Shown piece after piece: positions 63,097-64,000 of a stretch of DNA of 64,000 bases. The notes beneath the pieces are model-generated. The model worked only from the letters and a program-made list of their open reading frames with translations. It was not told where the DNA came from and did not search any database. Source of the DNA: Eledone cirrhosa (taxonomy: Eukaryota); assembly GCA_964016885.1 (NCBI GenBank), contig OZ024741.1, positions 65,596,001-65,660,000 on the forward strand. Direction: 5' to 3'. Position numbers and translations under genes: made by a program. How positions within the stretch are numbered: position 1 is the stretch's first letter; each line of letters starts with the position of its first letter.

Positions 63097-63973
63097 ATAT
63101 AGGTCAGTATGTGTATGTATATATATACACACACACATGTGAAAGAGAGTGGGGGAGAGAGAGGAAGGTTTGCTTATAAAAGGAAGTTGTGTTATGGAAA
63201 AAGTATGAAGAAATATTTACCTAGCATGAGAAAACTAAGCTTTCAGTTCCCTTATGTGTATATTTTTACTAAGTGCACAAGTATTTTTCATTGTAGCATA
63301 TTTTACTAAATAATCATGTATATTTCTATATATATTTCAATAGCATTACACTATAATGCATTAGACTAAATGGATTTGGGTTGTTGTTTTTTAATATACC
63401 AGTTGTTTTATAACTAATGAAACAATACCACACCCGGCTGTCACTCAAAACAGGTGAATATCCTGGTTATGTGACTTATTATTTCTATTTGTTCTATTTT
63501 AATTATTTAGTATCATCATCAACATTTAATGTCTATTATATCTACTAGCAAGGTTTATACATGTGTTTTCACAGACCAAGTCAGTACTCAAGCAATATTA
63601 CTAACTTCTCAGACAGGCTAGCAGTCACCTCTCACATGTATTCCTATACTCTACCAAGTCAGTACTCAAGCAGAGCTACTAACTTTTCATACAGGCCAGG
63701 TGCTCACCTCTAACTTACATTTGTTCTCATACTCTACCAAGTGGATTTTACTGTGGTTTCACTGCTAAGCTGGTTGTCATATCTTTGACGATACTGAAGA
63801 GTCCTCAGGGCCCTTTGTTTGGCAGGTTTTCTATGGCTGGATGGCTGGATGCCCTATATATATATTTTTACTAAGGGTCACAAAGTATTTTTCATTGTAG
63901 CATGTTTTACTAAATAAATATGTATATTTCTATATATATTTTACTATACATTTACACTATAGTGCATTAGACA

Positions 63974-64000
63974 ACAGAGGAGTTCAAGACCGGCTGTCCA
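63974..64000 (+). mobile_element. Start of another RTE fragment at the window edge
   Basis: aacagaggagttcaagaccggctg matches 61715-61738. Confidence 0.6.

Overview
This is AT-rich eukaryotic repeat DNA with no recognisable host gene. The SINE/RTE repertoire and very long (TA)n tracts suggest a coleoid cephalopod such as octopus (inference). Nearly all long 'IYIY' ORFs are microsatellite artefacts. Real coding remnants are all retroelement-derived. They include one near-full-length and three 5'-truncated RTE-type LINEs with a C4HC3 PHD-like finger inside the RT region, an RNase H-bearing LINE 3' end, and shattered R4/Dong-like and CRE-like RLE LINEs. There are also two Penelope-like elements (PLEs) with RT, a CxCx5C linker and C-terminal GIY-YIG. 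The first 27 kb is a mosaic of tRNA-SINEs and Tc1/mariner, piggyBac and hAT MITEs. The main signal lies at 26.9-61.5 kb, where short unique islands in the (TA)n tracts are PLE ends carrying at least four sequence-distinct predicted type I hammerhead ribozymes. One has a ~105-125 nt stem II, and one sits in both arms of a 401-bp palindrome. Many element/(TA)n junctions carry fold-back inverted copies. A 200-N gap at 31968-32167 is flanked by a duplication that may be an assembly artefact. All calls are from reading the sequence; no searches or folding were run.
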